From assembly GCA_051294375.1 (NCBI GenBank), contig CM119266.1, positions 20,212,729 through 20,276,728 on the forward strand: DNA of 64,000 bases, given 5' to 3'. This document shows positions 37,601-50,680 of this stretch, piece by piece. The translations under genes were made by a program, and so were the position numbers. The stretch comes from Paraspadella gotoi (taxonomy: Eukaryota > Animalia > Chaetognatha). Under the pieces are notes generated by a model. The model did no database searches, was not told the origin of the DNA, and saw only the letters and a program-made list of their open reading frames with translations. How positions within the stretch are numbered: position 1 is the stretch's first letter; every line of letters starts with the position of its first letter.

Positions 37601-40600
37601 CGCCGCTCCGCCGCCGCTCCCGCAGCCGACGCTCGACTGGCCGGCGGGAAGCGACGAAAAACTGCGGGCGACGAATGATTCGATGGCCTTTAAAACATTG
37701 GAGGCGCCCAACGTCTGTTCCACAGGAGGCTCCTGAGAAAATGAAGAGGACGCCGCCTTCGGTGATTCACGTCGAGCATCTGGCGAAGCGGATCTTAGAG
37801 ATGTCGAAGACTTCGACGCAAAGGGGTAGAGGCCGCCAGCACCGCCGCCGCCGCCATGAACGCCGTTCTTCGATCCGGAATGCGCCGAGTCGTCCGAGTC
37901 GCAGGGGCTGCCCCTTCGGCCCGACGTTCCCGTCGAGGGACTGGGCGACGTCAACTTGCGTTTTTTCGCCGCTGCATTCGCCGCCGCCGCCGAAGCAGAC
38001 GCCGCGTTACTAGATGGGGCGTTGACTTTAAAATGCAGCAGAGGATTCTCCTGCATGACTTTGGCCCACTGCGCGGCGTGTCGCTTCGTCGATGATGAAC
38101 AAGAAGGATTCGTCTTTGATGAGAAGCGAGATTTAAGAAAAATCTCGGTCCCGTTGACGCGAGGTTCCGGAAGAAGATCACGACTCGACGACGTCGACGA
38201 TGACGATGACGACGACGACGAGGAAACGTCGCTGGAAGAGAGAAAACCGCGTTTCTTTCCGCCGCCGCTGCCGCCGCCGCCGACGCAGCAGCACCTGATA
38301 TGATTCACGAATTCCGTCGTGGGAATCCGACGCAGACAATTCTCGCAGGCGATTTCGCCCGACGCCGTCGTCCTCGGCGAAGAAGCGGCGGGCAGAGGCG
38401 CGGGCGCGGAGTCCTCGACCCGTGACAGAGATGCGTGCAGCAGTGACAGGCGTTTAAATGAGTCGAGGGAAGAAGGGGTTTCGAGAGTAGAGGTTGCCGC
38501 GGCGTTGGCGGCGCCTGATTTACAGGTGAGCGAATTGTTGGTGTGGTGGGTCTTAGCCTGATGGCAGAGGAGACGAGCAGAGGTGTCGAATCGTTCGCCG
38601 CAGTCGTAGCAATCGTGCTTGGAGACCGAGGAGACAAACTTGGAGGCCGTCGAAGCCAAATCGTTGAGGATGTCGCTGGAACAGGTCGTCGAGGATCGGG
38701 GAGTCGGAGGCGATTTGGATGAAGAGGAGGATGAGGAGGAGGAGGCGTGACTTCTCGAGTGGGCGGTGACGGAATGGTGGAGGTGGAGATGGTTGGCTTC
38801 CTTGTCGGAATCGTGGTTCCTCAGCAGGACGCGTTTGTGGTGGCCGGTGATGTGCTGGTGTTGCTTGGCGTTTTCCGAGGAGATAAACTTCTCGTTGCAC
38901 TCCAAGCATTTGTAGAGAGCATGTTGCTTGTTCCCGCCATCTCCGCTTTTGATGTTGACTCCAGATTCTGTTTTCTTTGACGACGATGACGAAGATGACG
39001 ACAAAGATGAAGACGACGACGTCGACGATTCGTGAAGAGTCTTCGTCGAAGGCGCCGCGGAGTGGAAGGGCTGTCCAATGAGGGCCGCCACTGGAGGAGG
39101 AGGCGGGACGGCTCCGGGTTGGTGAACGCCTGAACGAGAGTGATCTCAAGTGGATAATGGACTAAATACAAAATCTCCGAAATGTATGTACAATTTACAT
39201 CCATCTCTAGAGGCAAAGTTTGAATTAAATTTATTACACAATGTTCATCCATCTCTGTAATAAGTTCAACATGAGTGAAAAATAATTGAATAACACCGAA
39301 CAATTAAAAGATTTATTGATAGGGAAGCCAGGAATTATTTGAGTGAAAAAACTAGACTGCGAGAGAGTCTTGATTGAAAGTTTGCAGAGTCTTGCTATGT
39401 TATTATCTTGTAAGAGGGATGGAGGCCATCATAGCAGGTCCAAAGTCAGTGGCAAGATAGCTTTTTTATTAAATGAATGGTTGAATTTATATAGGTTGTA
39501 CCAATTTCATATCCAATTTATTCATCGACGAATTCACTCACCGCCATTGCTGGGACTGATGATGTTGGCGTAGTGTTGCGTCTGCATCATGTGAAAGGTG
39601 AGATCGGGCAGAGTCTTGAAGGACTCTCCGCACTGGATGCACTTGAGGATCTGTCTAGTTTGGTCCGATCCTTTGTTGAGCCACATGTCTTGACCTCGCA
39701 CTAATTTGGGATAGACGCTGTTGTTCTCTTTTCCTATGGTTGGCGTATGACCCGTGTCCTGTGGAGTTAAAGAGGTTAGGGGAGAAAGAATGATTATTGA
39801 TCAATTGCGACCAATTAAAACTTTATAAATTAATATAATTACTACTAGGAGAAAAGCCTCATGTTAGGGTAAAAGTGAACATCCGGTTTCGGTTGTATAG
39901 TTGAACGAAAAGAGTTTACTTTTTAGCCAGCATCTGCGTCAGCGTCAGCGTCGAACCTGCATGTGAATGCTGAGATCGTAGAGGCTTTCGAAGGTCTTCA
40001 GACAGACGCATTTGAATCCAGTGTGTTTAGAAGGAAGCAGGGGCGGAGCCGGCATCGTGGGTGTTTTAGGGGTGGAGACCGGGGTGTTGGCTTCGGTGTG
40101 GTGTGTCGTCGGCGTCGTTGAAGGGGGAGTGCGAGAAGGAAGAGACTGAAAAAAAAGTTTTGTTTCTATGAATATCAGAACCAGCCAAAAAAACAACAAA
40201 TAAACAAAAACATAACTACAAGAAAATCAGTGATAATAACTTCGCCCCCCCACTGACTCGATCGTCGCCGGAATTGGCGCCGTCCGGACTCGACGCCGCC
40301 GCCGAAAGGATATGATTGAAGGGTTTCTTGGAGGCGTAGTTGGCGCCAATAGCTCCCAGCGACGCTCCCAGCGCCCCCAAGTCGTAGCCGTAGTAACCGT
40401 AGAGTGAGAGCAGCGGCAGCGACGCCGCGCCCGGAGCGGTGCCCGGCGGAAGCGGAGGGAACGGCGCCGCCGTCGCCAGAGCGGCATCGTGGAGGGCGTG
40501 GGCGTTTGGCGGCGCCAAATCCGGCGTATTCGCTTTGACGCGATCGTGAGAAGCGAGACTGACGGACGGAGATCGAGCGGCGGTCGGAGGAGGGAAGGGG

Positions 40601-40850
40601 ATGTGCGGGTAGAAGGGAGGCGGTGGGGGATGGGGGACGAAGTCGTTCAGTTTTGAATTCCTGAAAATGGGAGGCGGAGTTTTAACATAATTCTTCTTAC
40701 AATTTAAGAATACTAATGACAAACAAACAAACGGCGGCGGTCGCTGCTGCGGTGCTGAAGCGCGCGGCCGTTCTGCGGCGGTTGGTGCTGCGGCGGCGTC
40801 AGTAAGAAAATCAAAAACGCCGTCATCGAGTCACGGATTTCAAAGCAGAT

Positions 40851-40930
<80 letters not shown>

Positions 40931-41974
40931 GCTCTTTCTTCTGCTCTCTCTCTCTCTTTCTCTCTCTCTTTTTCTGACCTTTCGCTCTGATGTTTGACCG
41001 ATTGTTTTGTCGTCAGAGGCGCATCAGTCGAGGACGTCTCATGACTGAAGGAGGAGAACAAAAGAGCAAGATGAGAGGCCGGCGTTTAGGACTGATTGCT
41101 AGAAAGAGTCTGAGCGTATTTTGAAATGGGTTTTTCCTTTTTAATTTATTTTGAGGTTCACTATTTCTTAAAAATTCTCATCGCTCATTTATTCATTTTT
41201 TAAATATATTATTTGTATTCTCGTACCTTCTCTTCCTCCGCTCGCTCGTTTCCGCGGCCGAAAGATCTTGCGGTCCCTCGTCGTCGTCGTCATTGGAGAC
41301 GTTATCGCCGACGTCTTTCGTGGTCGTCGTCGCGATCGCCTCGTTTCCGGACGACAAATCGAGAGGGGAAGCGTCCGCGGCGACGGCAGCCGCCGCCGCC
41401 GCCGCCGCCGCCGCCGCAACGTCATCGTGTGGGCGCGACGAAAAGCCGGGCTCTGATTGGGTGAGAGCCGTCAGTCCGTGGGGCGGGCCGAAGAAGGGAG
41501 GAGCGAATCCAGGAGGTCCTGAGAAAAATGGTGGCGTCAGTTGAAACGAATTTACAATTGACAACGATTCACGTTGACTCACCCAGACCCAAAAGCGAGG
41601 CCGAGAGAGAAGCCAGGGCGCCGGGAGACGAAATGGTCGATGGCGCCGACTCAGAGAATCCTACAGCGACGCCTGACGGTGCCATCGGCGAGGAGGCGCG
41701 TTCATCGAAACGTTCGTCCGTTCCTGCGGAAGACCGGCGCCCTTTCTCGACTAGGGCGGCGTCGACTCGAGACCGAAGGCCAGGGTTTAGCGTCGTTGCC
41801 GGATTCCGGACGCGAATCGGCGGCGTTGGCCGGAGAGAGACCGGGATGATGGCGGGGGATCGGCCGGGGAGGAAGAAGGGGGTGTCGAGGATGAGGGGCG
41901 GGGGGAGGAGCAGGGAGGGGGGAGGGGATGTTGCCCTCTGGCCTCTTCGTCACTTGAAGCGCCGCCGCTCAGTT
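34663..41974 (-). CDS. tsh: Teashirt/tiptop (TSHZ) family C2H2 zinc-finger transcription factor; multi-exon, first exon(s) not located
   Basis: PKLVRGQDMWLNKGSDQTRQILKCIQCGESFKTLPDLTFHMMQTQHYANII (39541-39720) matches the tsh/tiptop signature. Further fingers: FKCVCLKTFESLYDLSIHMQDTGH, YKCLECNEKF..HQHITGH, CYDCGERF..HQAKTH. Also CtBP motif PLDLS (about 41360), HPLSSLQRLCE and C-terminal AKFSKYYKLA. Confidence 0.9.
35058..35487. mobile_element. MITE-like element with imperfect TIRs and internal TTAGGG-like repeats
   Basis: gccttattttcccagaacgcccc ... ggggcgcttttagaaaagaaggc; internal ggttagg/gattag words; second copy at 62722-63010. Confidence 0.65.
35989..36724 (-). mobile_element. Complete non-autonomous LTR retrotransposon (TRIM) with tRNA-like Pol III promoter in both LTRs (Helenus/TRIMp3-like)
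   Basis: 5' LTR 36724-36470, 3' LTR 36242-35989 (about 255 bp, roughly ten differences). PBS-like TGGTGAGCCC 2 nt after the 5' LTR; PPT-like GGAGAAGTCTGGTGGGGGGA before the 3' LTR; TSD ATAT (35985-35988 and 36725-36728); no convincing ORF. Confidence 0.92.
36135..36188 (-). promoter_or_regulatory. tRNA-type (type 2) Pol III promoter inside the LTR: box A 36188-36177, box B 36146-36135
   Basis: TGGCTGAGCAGG, 30 nt, then GGGTTCAATCCC within a T-arm-like stem CCGGG-TTCAATC-CCTGG. Confidence 0.75.
39320..39510 (+). repeat. Dispersed ~200-bp repeat family; other + copies near 45160-45350, 55450-55710, 58860-58980, 61150-61365
   Basis: Shared blocks agtcttgattgaaag, tattatcttgtaagagggatggaggcc, ccaaagtcaggggcaagatagctt, gttgtaccaatttcata. 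Confidence 0.8.
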
Positions 41975-42222
41975 CTGGAAAAAAAAGATAATATAATTTA
42001 ATTTAATAGTAAGTACACTTTGTTTAGTTTTTTTTTCACGCTATGTCGCTATGGCTATGCATCTTTATTTTTTTTAAATAATAATAAGTATAATGTAAGT
42101 ATAAATTGGCTGTCATCGTGTGTTGGAAACTTTGCCCTCTCTCTCTATTTTTCTCTATTTTTCTCTCTTTCTCTCTCTCTCTCTTCTTCTTTTGCACAAA
42201 TCAATTTAAAAATTCACAAATA

Positions 42223-42280
42223 ATTTGTTAACGCTGAAGAAGGCTTGTATGTAAGCCGAAACATGTACGTTTTTACAGAT
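42223..42280 (+). ncRNA. Minimal type I hammerhead ribozyme (Penelope-like-element type)
   Basis: Stem I AACG/CGTT (extended by ATTTGT/ACAGAT), core CTGAAGA 42234-42240, one extra A, stem II GGCTT/AAGCC, GAAA 42258-42261, palindromic ACATGT stem III, cleavage triplet GTA (cut after 42267). Confidence 0.85.
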
Positions 42281-44768
42281 AAAGTCGTTGTAGAAAAACA
42301 TTAAAAACGTCTTCCAAATTGACTGTCAAAACATTTCGTCTTAAATATCTATCTATCATTTTTTTTACGGCAGTCGAGCGATTTACTACATTTTCATTTT
42401 GTAATTTTTATGTATTTCTGCTAGAATATTAAGAAAAAGCAAAAAAAAAAGATGCAATAAATAAAAAGAGAAATCGCCCGAAAAATGAACAAGCAGGTGG
42501 CGTTTGAGGCTTTTTCTCTGCGAGAGCTTCCGACGTCCGGAGATGCTTGGCGCGTTTGACAGCAGACGTCACCTCCTCGTCACGGTTTTTGTCAGCCTGT
42601 CGAAAAGATTACGAGGACGGAGAGGAGGCGGGGGGGGGGGAGAGAGAGAGAGAGAGAGAGACGGGCGACGTTTGACTGGCGGGAATGGGGGGGGGAAGAG
42701 CAGAAAGGGTTTCCGATCGCTATGACAAAAGAGCAGCCAAACTCCTTCCTCTCCCAACCTCGACATCTTCCCCCCGCTGCCACTTTTCCAAAGAGATCAA
42801 TCTTTTCTCGAAAATTGTTGCGATGACGGAAGAATTCAAACGAAATATTTTATGGAATAGAAATTTTGTTTCAACTTTTAAAAAGCAATACTGAACCGAT
42901 GGAGAATTTATTTCTCTTGTCTTTATATTATATAACGTTTATATCTGGCGCGAATTCTGTACCTTTTGCGTAGAAGAAAGTTTAAATTTAATTTTTCAAC
43001 TAAGGAATCACGTGACGCGCCCGTCACTCCTCAAGATCTTCTGTTTACTGTTTACTGTTTATTGTTTATTTACTGTTTACTGTTGGCCATCACAACGTTT
43101 ATCTTTTGAAGCGAGACGGAGATTTTCTTTGCGCTTAATACCCCAACGTCTATCCTTTAGACTAAATGCGACCTCAACCGACTATCTACGACAGTCAATG
43201 TCATCCCCTGGTGACAATGACAATGACAGTCAATGTCATTCCCAAGTGACGCTTCCGATGAGTGCAAATCGCAAAATCTGAGTCATTCACTTCACCAAAA
43301 TAAGGAAACAAATGAGAGAAAAAAAGATAAAGACTTAATTATTGTTCTTTCACAAAAGACGCCGACCCTCGCCTCGTGGTAAAAGTGATTCATAACGTAA
43401 AAAATCGAAAGAAAGAAAAGAAAAACCTAAACGACAGAAAGAAATACGCGTTTATATCCAGAAATGAATGAAAAAAAAAAAAAAAAAAACGGAAAAGAAA
43501 GAGAGACAGAGAAAAAGAGAGAGAGAGAGGCATGTTTTCAATCTTGAAATCAAATCGGCGAAAAAAAAAGAGAGATAGAGACAGAGAGACGGAAACCGGA
43601 TATAGAAAAAAAAAAGGTCTGAAAAAGTTTTATTTATTCATTCGATTTTTATTTGCGACGCCGATAAAACGGACGTTGGAGAGAACGATGGAAGTCTTCA
43701 GCAACGGAGACGCCTTACAGATTCGTTGTCGGGAGGGAAGGACGTTGGGAGGGGAGAGAGAGAGGGGGGGGGGTGGGAGAAGAGGAAAAAGAGAGTAAAA
43801 AAGAAGAGAGGTCGAGGAGAAGAAGAAAGTAAAGATGGAAGGGTAGAAGGGAAAGAGATAAGTTAAAGGATACGTGCGAAGTGTGCGGTCTCAAGTATGT
43901 ATTTGGGAAAGGCCGGTTTTATTAGAATCGAAATTGAATTGAGATTTTTGAACGGCACGTGTTGAATTCATTGTTTAGTTAGTTTTCCGACAGCGTTTGG
44001 GTGAAAAAAAATTATAATTACGTGTACATATACGTGTACATATATATAGACCTTTCCCCGGTATGTATCCCTATCAGAACATACAATTCTACATGGTAGT
44101 CTTATCCCTATTGGTAAAAAAAAAAAATCATATATAACTTTGGTCACCCCTCAAAAAATTATCCATTCCCACCCCTTTCTGTTCAGCCTCTTAGATATTA
44201 TGATTTTTCATTAATGACTTTCTAACAGAAATGATGTGTGATATCTATTAGAAAACTAGGACAGATAGTAATCTAACCTTGTGTTGTATAGATGCTCCCT
44301 CTATTTCCAGAAGACAACACTGACTTCCCCTTCCCAAATTGAATTATTAGATAAATAAAACATTTTTAAGAAAGAAAGCAATATATATTTGAATAAATAA
44401 TAAGATTAAATACTAAATCCTTCATAAAATATAAAAATAGAAAATAGTGAAACAAGTAATTTGCAAATTTTCATATATATTTTACTTTTGCAGAGTTGAA
44501 GGATTTGACTGATGTGGAATGAAAATGAGAGTTTGGAGTTTAGAACGAGGTTGTAAAGAGTTAACACTTGAATCTCTACTACATGGAGAAGTCTCTTACA
44601 TATAGAGTCGTAGGGTTAACCTGATTCTGCAAAGAGAAGCGAAATGTGAAATGGGTAAAGATTTGTAGAGAGGGGATTCGAAATGCAGTAGATTTCAAGC
44701 TTGCTTGGGCAACTAAAAGAGAAATAAATTACCTCCAGAACAGGTGCCTGGCAATTTTTTTTCTTTTT

Positions 44769-44890
<122 letters not shown>

Positions 44891-45759
44891 GCACAGGTAC
44901 TTAACGTCCCGCCGAATTTACGTCCTCCCTTCAATCCATGACGCCGTTTCGGGGGATGACGGATGGAACCTAAATCCACGCCCACTCTCGGTCACGTGAT
45001 CCGAATTCCTCGCCCGATTAAAAACCACCTTTTTTCCATTTCCACTTCGACGTGAATATAATACGCGAGACTTCATAGACAAACCTTTTTTTCTTTGCTT
45101 TTCGTTGTGGCGTATTTTCAAAATAGTGGTCCTTATGGACATACCACTTCATTGATAGAGAAGCCAGTTATTCTGGGAGTAAATAAACTAGACTGTTAGA
45201 GAGTCTTGATTGAAAGCTTGCCATGTTTTTATCTTGTAAGAGGCGAAGAGTGATGGAGGCCTTAAACCACCAAAGCCTGTCCAAAGTCAGGGGCAAGATA
45301 GCTTATTTATTAAATTAATGGATAATCTTTATATAAGTTGTAGCAATTTTATAACTACTCTTACAACTTGAATGGTACAATGGCAAAAAAAAAAAGAAAG
45401 AAAAACGCTGAAGGAGAAGCAGTATCGGAAAATAACGTTTACTCCGGGAAACTGTACACTTATATGCATTGCTGGAAAATCGGTACTAATCTGGTTATGA
45501 TGGGAGTCGGAATGCTGAGACAGAGAGAGAGAGAGAGCGAGGATGAGAGGGAGAGAGAGCATGAGCGAGAAGACGAGAGGCGAGAGAGAGGTAGTAGCTC
45601 GAGAAGAGAGAGGGAGAGACGAGAGAGGAGAGAGGAGAGAGAGAGAGAGAGAGAGAGGCAGACGTGATGGATTGGTGATTGACGGTTTTCCAATCCTGAC
45701 GACTCACGTGACGCGGAAGCAAAAGCGCAGAGGAGAAACGAGAAGTGAAGGAAGAAAAA

Positions 45760-46330
45760 AGGCGGAGGAAGAAAGAAGAGGAAAAATTGGAGGAAGAAGA
45801 AAAGGAAAAAAGTGGAGGAAGAAAGAAAAAGATAAAATTGGAGGAAGAAAGAAAAGGATAAAAGTGGAGGAAGAAAGAAAAGGATAAAATTGGAGGAAGA
45901 AAGAAAAGGATAAAAGTGGAGGTAGAAAGAAAAGGATAAAAGTAGAGGAAGAAAGAAAAGGAAAAAAGTGGATGAAAAAAGAAAAGGAAAAAAGTGGAGG
46001 AAGAAAAAAAGAAAAAAGTGGAGGAAGAAAGAAACGGATAAAAGTGGAAGAAGAAAGAAAAGGATAAAAGTGGATAAAGAAAGAAAAGGAAAAAAGTGGA
46101 GGAAGAAAGAAAAGGATAAAAGTGGAGGAAGAAAGAAAAGGATAAAAGTGGAGGAAGAAAGAAAAGGATAAAAGTAGAGGAAGAAAGAAAAGGATAACGG
46201 TGGAGGAAGAAAGAAAAAAGAAAAAAGTGGAGGAAGAAAGAAAAGAATAAAAGTGGAGGAAGAAAGAAAATGATAAAAGTGGAGGAAGAAGGAAAAGGAA
46301 AAAAGTGGAGGAAGAAAGAAAAGGATAAAA
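45760..46330. repeat. 26-bp purine-rich tandem minisatellite
   Basis: Unit aaaagtggaggaagaaagaaaaggat; period 26 (46096 and 46122). Confidence 0.9.
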
Positions 46331-47503
46331 GGGAGGCAGGTAAGAAGGGAAGGAAAGGAGATTACCACGGAGGAAAAAATATTAAGAACATAACAGAGAA
46401 AGAAAGAAAACCCACTGAAGAAAAAGGAAGAAAGAAAAGGGAAAAAAAAATATAGCAACCAGCAACAAACTATAGTAAAACTTAAAGAAGATAAAGAGAA
46501 GTAAAGAGAAGCGAAGAGAAGTAAAGAGAAGCAAGAGAGGAGAGAGAAAAGTTAACCCCGTTTTCATACTAATTAACGAGATACAAGCAAAAGTTTTAGC
46601 CTCGTATTTTCTCCATTGTTCATTCTCCTTCTTTCGCCGTCCAACTTCTTCCTCTCTTAATCCTTCCCCCAACTTTGCGCTTAAATCCCCCCCTTCTCCC
46701 TCTGACGGACATCTCTTCTGTCTCTCCTCCATAATTAATCATCGGTTATTATGTCACGTCCGACTCAGAATCCAACCCTATGACGTCGCCGGCCGCCCTT
46801 TTCTCGATTCCCTACGACGTTATCGGGTTTACTCTTCGACGGGCGCCGATTGGCTGGCCGTCGANNNNNNNNNNNNNNNNNNNNNNNNNNNNNNNNNNNN
46901 NNNNNNNNNNNNNNNNNNNNNNNNNNNNNNNNNNNNNNNNNNNNNNNNNNNNNNNNNNNNNNNNNNNNNNNNNNNNNNNNNNNNNNNNNNNNNNNNNNNN
47001 NNNNNNNNNNNNNNNNNNNNNNNNNNNNNNNNNNNNNNNNNNNNNNNNNNNNNNNNNNNNNNNNNNNNNNNNNNNNNNNNNNNNNNNNNNNNNNNNNNNN
47101 NNNNNNNNATGTTGACGAATTGAATCGAATATTTAAGTCGCGCGATTCTCGGTTTTTCGGTGTCTTAGATTCACCATAAATTCAGATCTGGATCGGATGA
47201 TTGATGGCCGAAGGATCGACGACGACGACGACGACGACNNNNNNNNNNNNNNNNNNNNNNNNNNNNNNNNNNNNNNNNNNNNNNNNNNNNNNNNNNNNNN
47301 NNNNNNNNNNNNNNNNNNNNNNNNNNNNNNNNNNNNNNNNNNNNNNNNNNNNNNNNNNNNNNNNNNNNNNNNNNNNNNNNNNNNNNNNNNNNNNNNNNNN
47401 NNNNNNNNNNNNNNNNNNNNNNNNNNNNNNNNNNNNNNNNNNNNNNNNNNNNNNNNNNNNNNNNNNNNNNNNNNNNNNNNNNNNNNNNNNNNNNNNNNNN
47501 NNN

Positions 47504-47780
47504 TCTTAATTTTTAATTCTTAATTTTTAATTCTTAATTTTTTATTTTTAATTTTTAATTCTTAATTTTTTATTTTTTATTTTTAATTCTTAATTTTTTA
47601 TTTTTAATTCTTAATTTTTAATTCTTAATTTTTAATTCTTAATTTTTAATTCTTAATTTTTAATTCTTAATTTTTAATTCTTAATTTTTTTATTTTTAAT
47701 TTTTAATTCTTAATTTTTTATTTTTAATTCTTAATTTTTAATTCTTAATTTTTAATACTTAATTTTTAATTCTTAATTTT
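47504..47780. repeat. 14-bp AT-rich tandem repeat (tcttaatttttaat)n
   Basis: Direct inspection. Confidence 0.9.
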
Positions 47781-48008
47781 TGTAACCACTTGAGTTGGAC
47801 ACAACGAGACAAGGTGAGGCCAGGTTAGGAAAGGCGAGGTGCCAGGCGCTAGATTTAGACTGGAGGGACGATGAAAGAGGATCAGAGTGGACAAAGTAGT
47901 GGCGAGGGNNNNNNNNNNNNNNNNNNNNNNNNNNNNNNNNNNNNNNNNNNNNNNNNNNNNNNNNNNNNNNNNNNNNNNNNNNNNNNNNNNNNNNNNNNNN
48001 NNNNNNNN

Positions 48009-48500
48009 TCGTCGTCGTCCTCTGATTCTTCGCGTTTATCGTCATCGACTCGAGACTCGAGATGTCATCTTCATTTTTGAAATCTGTCGCTAAAATGTTC
48101 GCAGCGGGGACGACGACGACGACGACGACGACGAAGACGATAACAACGACAACGACGATGACGACGATAGATTCACTACGTTTTTTCTCGCCTTCAAAAT
48201 GGCGACCAACAATCGTTACAACGACAATTAGTTTTATTAACCATGGGTAAAATAACTTTGTGGAATTTCGAGGTTATGTTTTGATGAGTCTACAAAGTCT
48301 ACAAAGTCATAAAAAAAAATTGAGAAAACGAATGTAATNNNNNNNNNNNNNNNNNNNNNNNNNNNNNNNNNNNNNNNNNNNNNNNNNNNNNNNNNNNNNN
48401 NNNNNNNNNNNNNNNNNNNNNNNNNNNNNNNNNNNNNNNNNNNNNNNNNNNNNNNNNNNNNNNNNNNNNNNNNNNNNNNNNNNNNNNNNNNNNNNNNNNN

Positions 48501-48531
<31 letters not shown>

Positions 48532-49206
48532 ACAAACTGAAACAAAACGAATGACTAACGACAATCGAAAGAATTTGTGTCACGTGACGAATCAGAGGTC
48601 GAGAGGTCGAAGCTGAGAGGAGGAAGAGGAGGAAGAGGAGGAAGAGGAGGAGGNNNNNNNNNNNNNNNNNNNNNNNNNNNNNNNNNNNNNNNNNNNNNNN
48701 NNNNNNNNNNNNNNNNNNNNNNNNNNNNNNNNNNNNNNNNNNNNNNNNNNNNNNNNNNNNNNNNNNNNNNNNNNNNNNNNNNNNNNNNNNNNNNNNNNNN
48801 NNNNNNNNNNNNNNNNNNNNNNNNNNNNNNNNNNNNNNNNNNNNNNNNNNNNNNNNNNNNNNNNNACCTGATCCACCTGATCCATATTTCCGCCTATTTT
48901 TTCTCAATTCAACTCGAATCGGACTTCGTCACTTGACGCATCAACGCCACGGGTCAGCGCCACGGAGTTGGTCACTTGACGCATCAACGCCACGGTTCAG
49001 CGCCAACGCTTCCGAGACGCTGCAACGTTCTCCCTCCAGGGTCTTGAGGTCGCAACACCGACGCCACCTCCCGGAGCGAGTCCAACCCAGGCGTCTCCAT
49101 GGCAACGTGGGGTCAACCTCGGACCTCATTTGTCGGGCGACGTCGAGATTCCGTTCCGACTTCGAAATGATTCCGATAACGAGACGAAGAAGTGACGAAG
49201 CGAAAG
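48009..49206 (+). repeat. Gapped near-identical duplicate of 52732-53796
   Basis: Same sequence blocks in the same order (ctctgattcttcgcgtttatc ... gaagtgacgaagcgaaagaa), with N gaps where the second copy has microsatellites. Confidence 0.88.
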
Positions 49207-49899
49207 AACCACGGAGAGATGAGAAGAAAGAGAATAAATCCAAGAAAATCTCGGATGTATAATTTGGGATTTTGCATTGAGAAAGCGTGAATAAATGGCG
49301 ATAATAACAGTTTTTTAAAGAATAAAAATAATCAAAATTTTTTCAAAAAACGAATCACCGCAAGAGATCGTACAGAAGAGAGAGAGAAGAACAGAGAGAT
49401 TAGAGAGAGAGACAGAGAGAGAGCCAGAAAGAGAAAGAGAGAGACAGACAGAGAACAGAGAGAGAGAGAAAGAAAGAGAGAAACATCAGACCACAAACGT
49501 TGTCATGGTGGATGATAAAACAGACAACGATGACGACGAAGACTTAATAAAACGATGACATTGAAGAATGTGGAAGAAGAGAACAACAAAGAAGAAAAAC
49601 GACAAAGCAGAAGACGATTGAAGAAGAGGATGAGAAAAAGAGGAAAAGAAAAGGACAATGAACAGAACGATGCGACTTTAAGACGACAAAAATATCGAAA
49701 AACTTATAAAACAGAACTGTAATTCAAATGTGTTGCGACCGCAGTGACTTACGCTTATCGCGTGTATTCTCCGTGACATGAATAAACGTGACATGACCTA
49801 AGTGACAGATGACATAACTGCGTCGGTGCAGGCAGGCCCAATTCCGGCCCTGTTTTATATTTTTTAATTTCGGATATCTGATGGGTTTACTGGTTGGGC

Positions 49900-50680
49900 T
49901 TTGTTAACTACCATTAAACAGTAAAAGGCAAAAATTCGCTCAACCCTAACATCAATGTAATCTCGGGCAAGCTGTTAAACCTAAATTTTCTTTCCTTTAT
50001 AAGAAACCTGCATAAACAAACTCATCAAGTAAAGTTGAAAAAAAATTGAAAACCCTGCGTTCTTTCTTTGTTATTTTTGAGGTTGGAGTAGTTCATTGGC
50101 AAAGCTTGTTTCCTCCCTTAAAACTCAAATCGCTAAAAATCCCATGTAACCTCGAATTGCTGGAACCTGATGTGACTGTAAAACCTGACAATGATACTAA
50201 GTTAGGATAAACCTGGTAAACGATATAAGAAAGTCGTCAACCGAAAAAAAAATAATGAAAACCTAGTTCTTTTCTTTGGTTATTTTCGATGATTGACTTA
50301 TCAACCTGGTGGAGGTATATTTCTTCTTAAAAACTCAAAAACCGCTAAAATCCGCTACAGACCGTAATAGACAAAACCTATTACTAACTAATTAAAACTC
50401 ATTGTCAATTTTTAAATATATAAAACCTGAGTAAACGAGTAATACAAGAAAAAAATTCAATTTCAGGAAAACGTAGTTAATTTCTTAATAATATTTTTTG
50501 AATCCATTTCATAATTTGTACCTCATTGGCAAAAATCAATTTCTCTCTTAATTTTATGAATCGCTATTAATCGCATTAACTGAGGATCAAGGAACCCTTT
50601 CTTTGACCTAATGAAACCCATAGAAATATTGTCCAGATGTGAATAACCTGGGTAAACGGAGTGACCTATAGTAAAAAAAA
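49900..50680. repeat. Degenerate ~200-bp tandem repeat, 3-4 units
   Basis: Recurring aaaacct..ttctttctttg.ttatttt..ttcattggcaaa..cttaaaactcaaatcgctaaaatcc..aaacctg..taaacg near 50050, 50260 and 50470. Confidence 0.55.

Noticed and set aside
45460-46458. 332-aa Phe/Leu-rich ORF resembling a membrane protein
   Set aside because: Translation of the 26-bp minisatellite plus (CT)n
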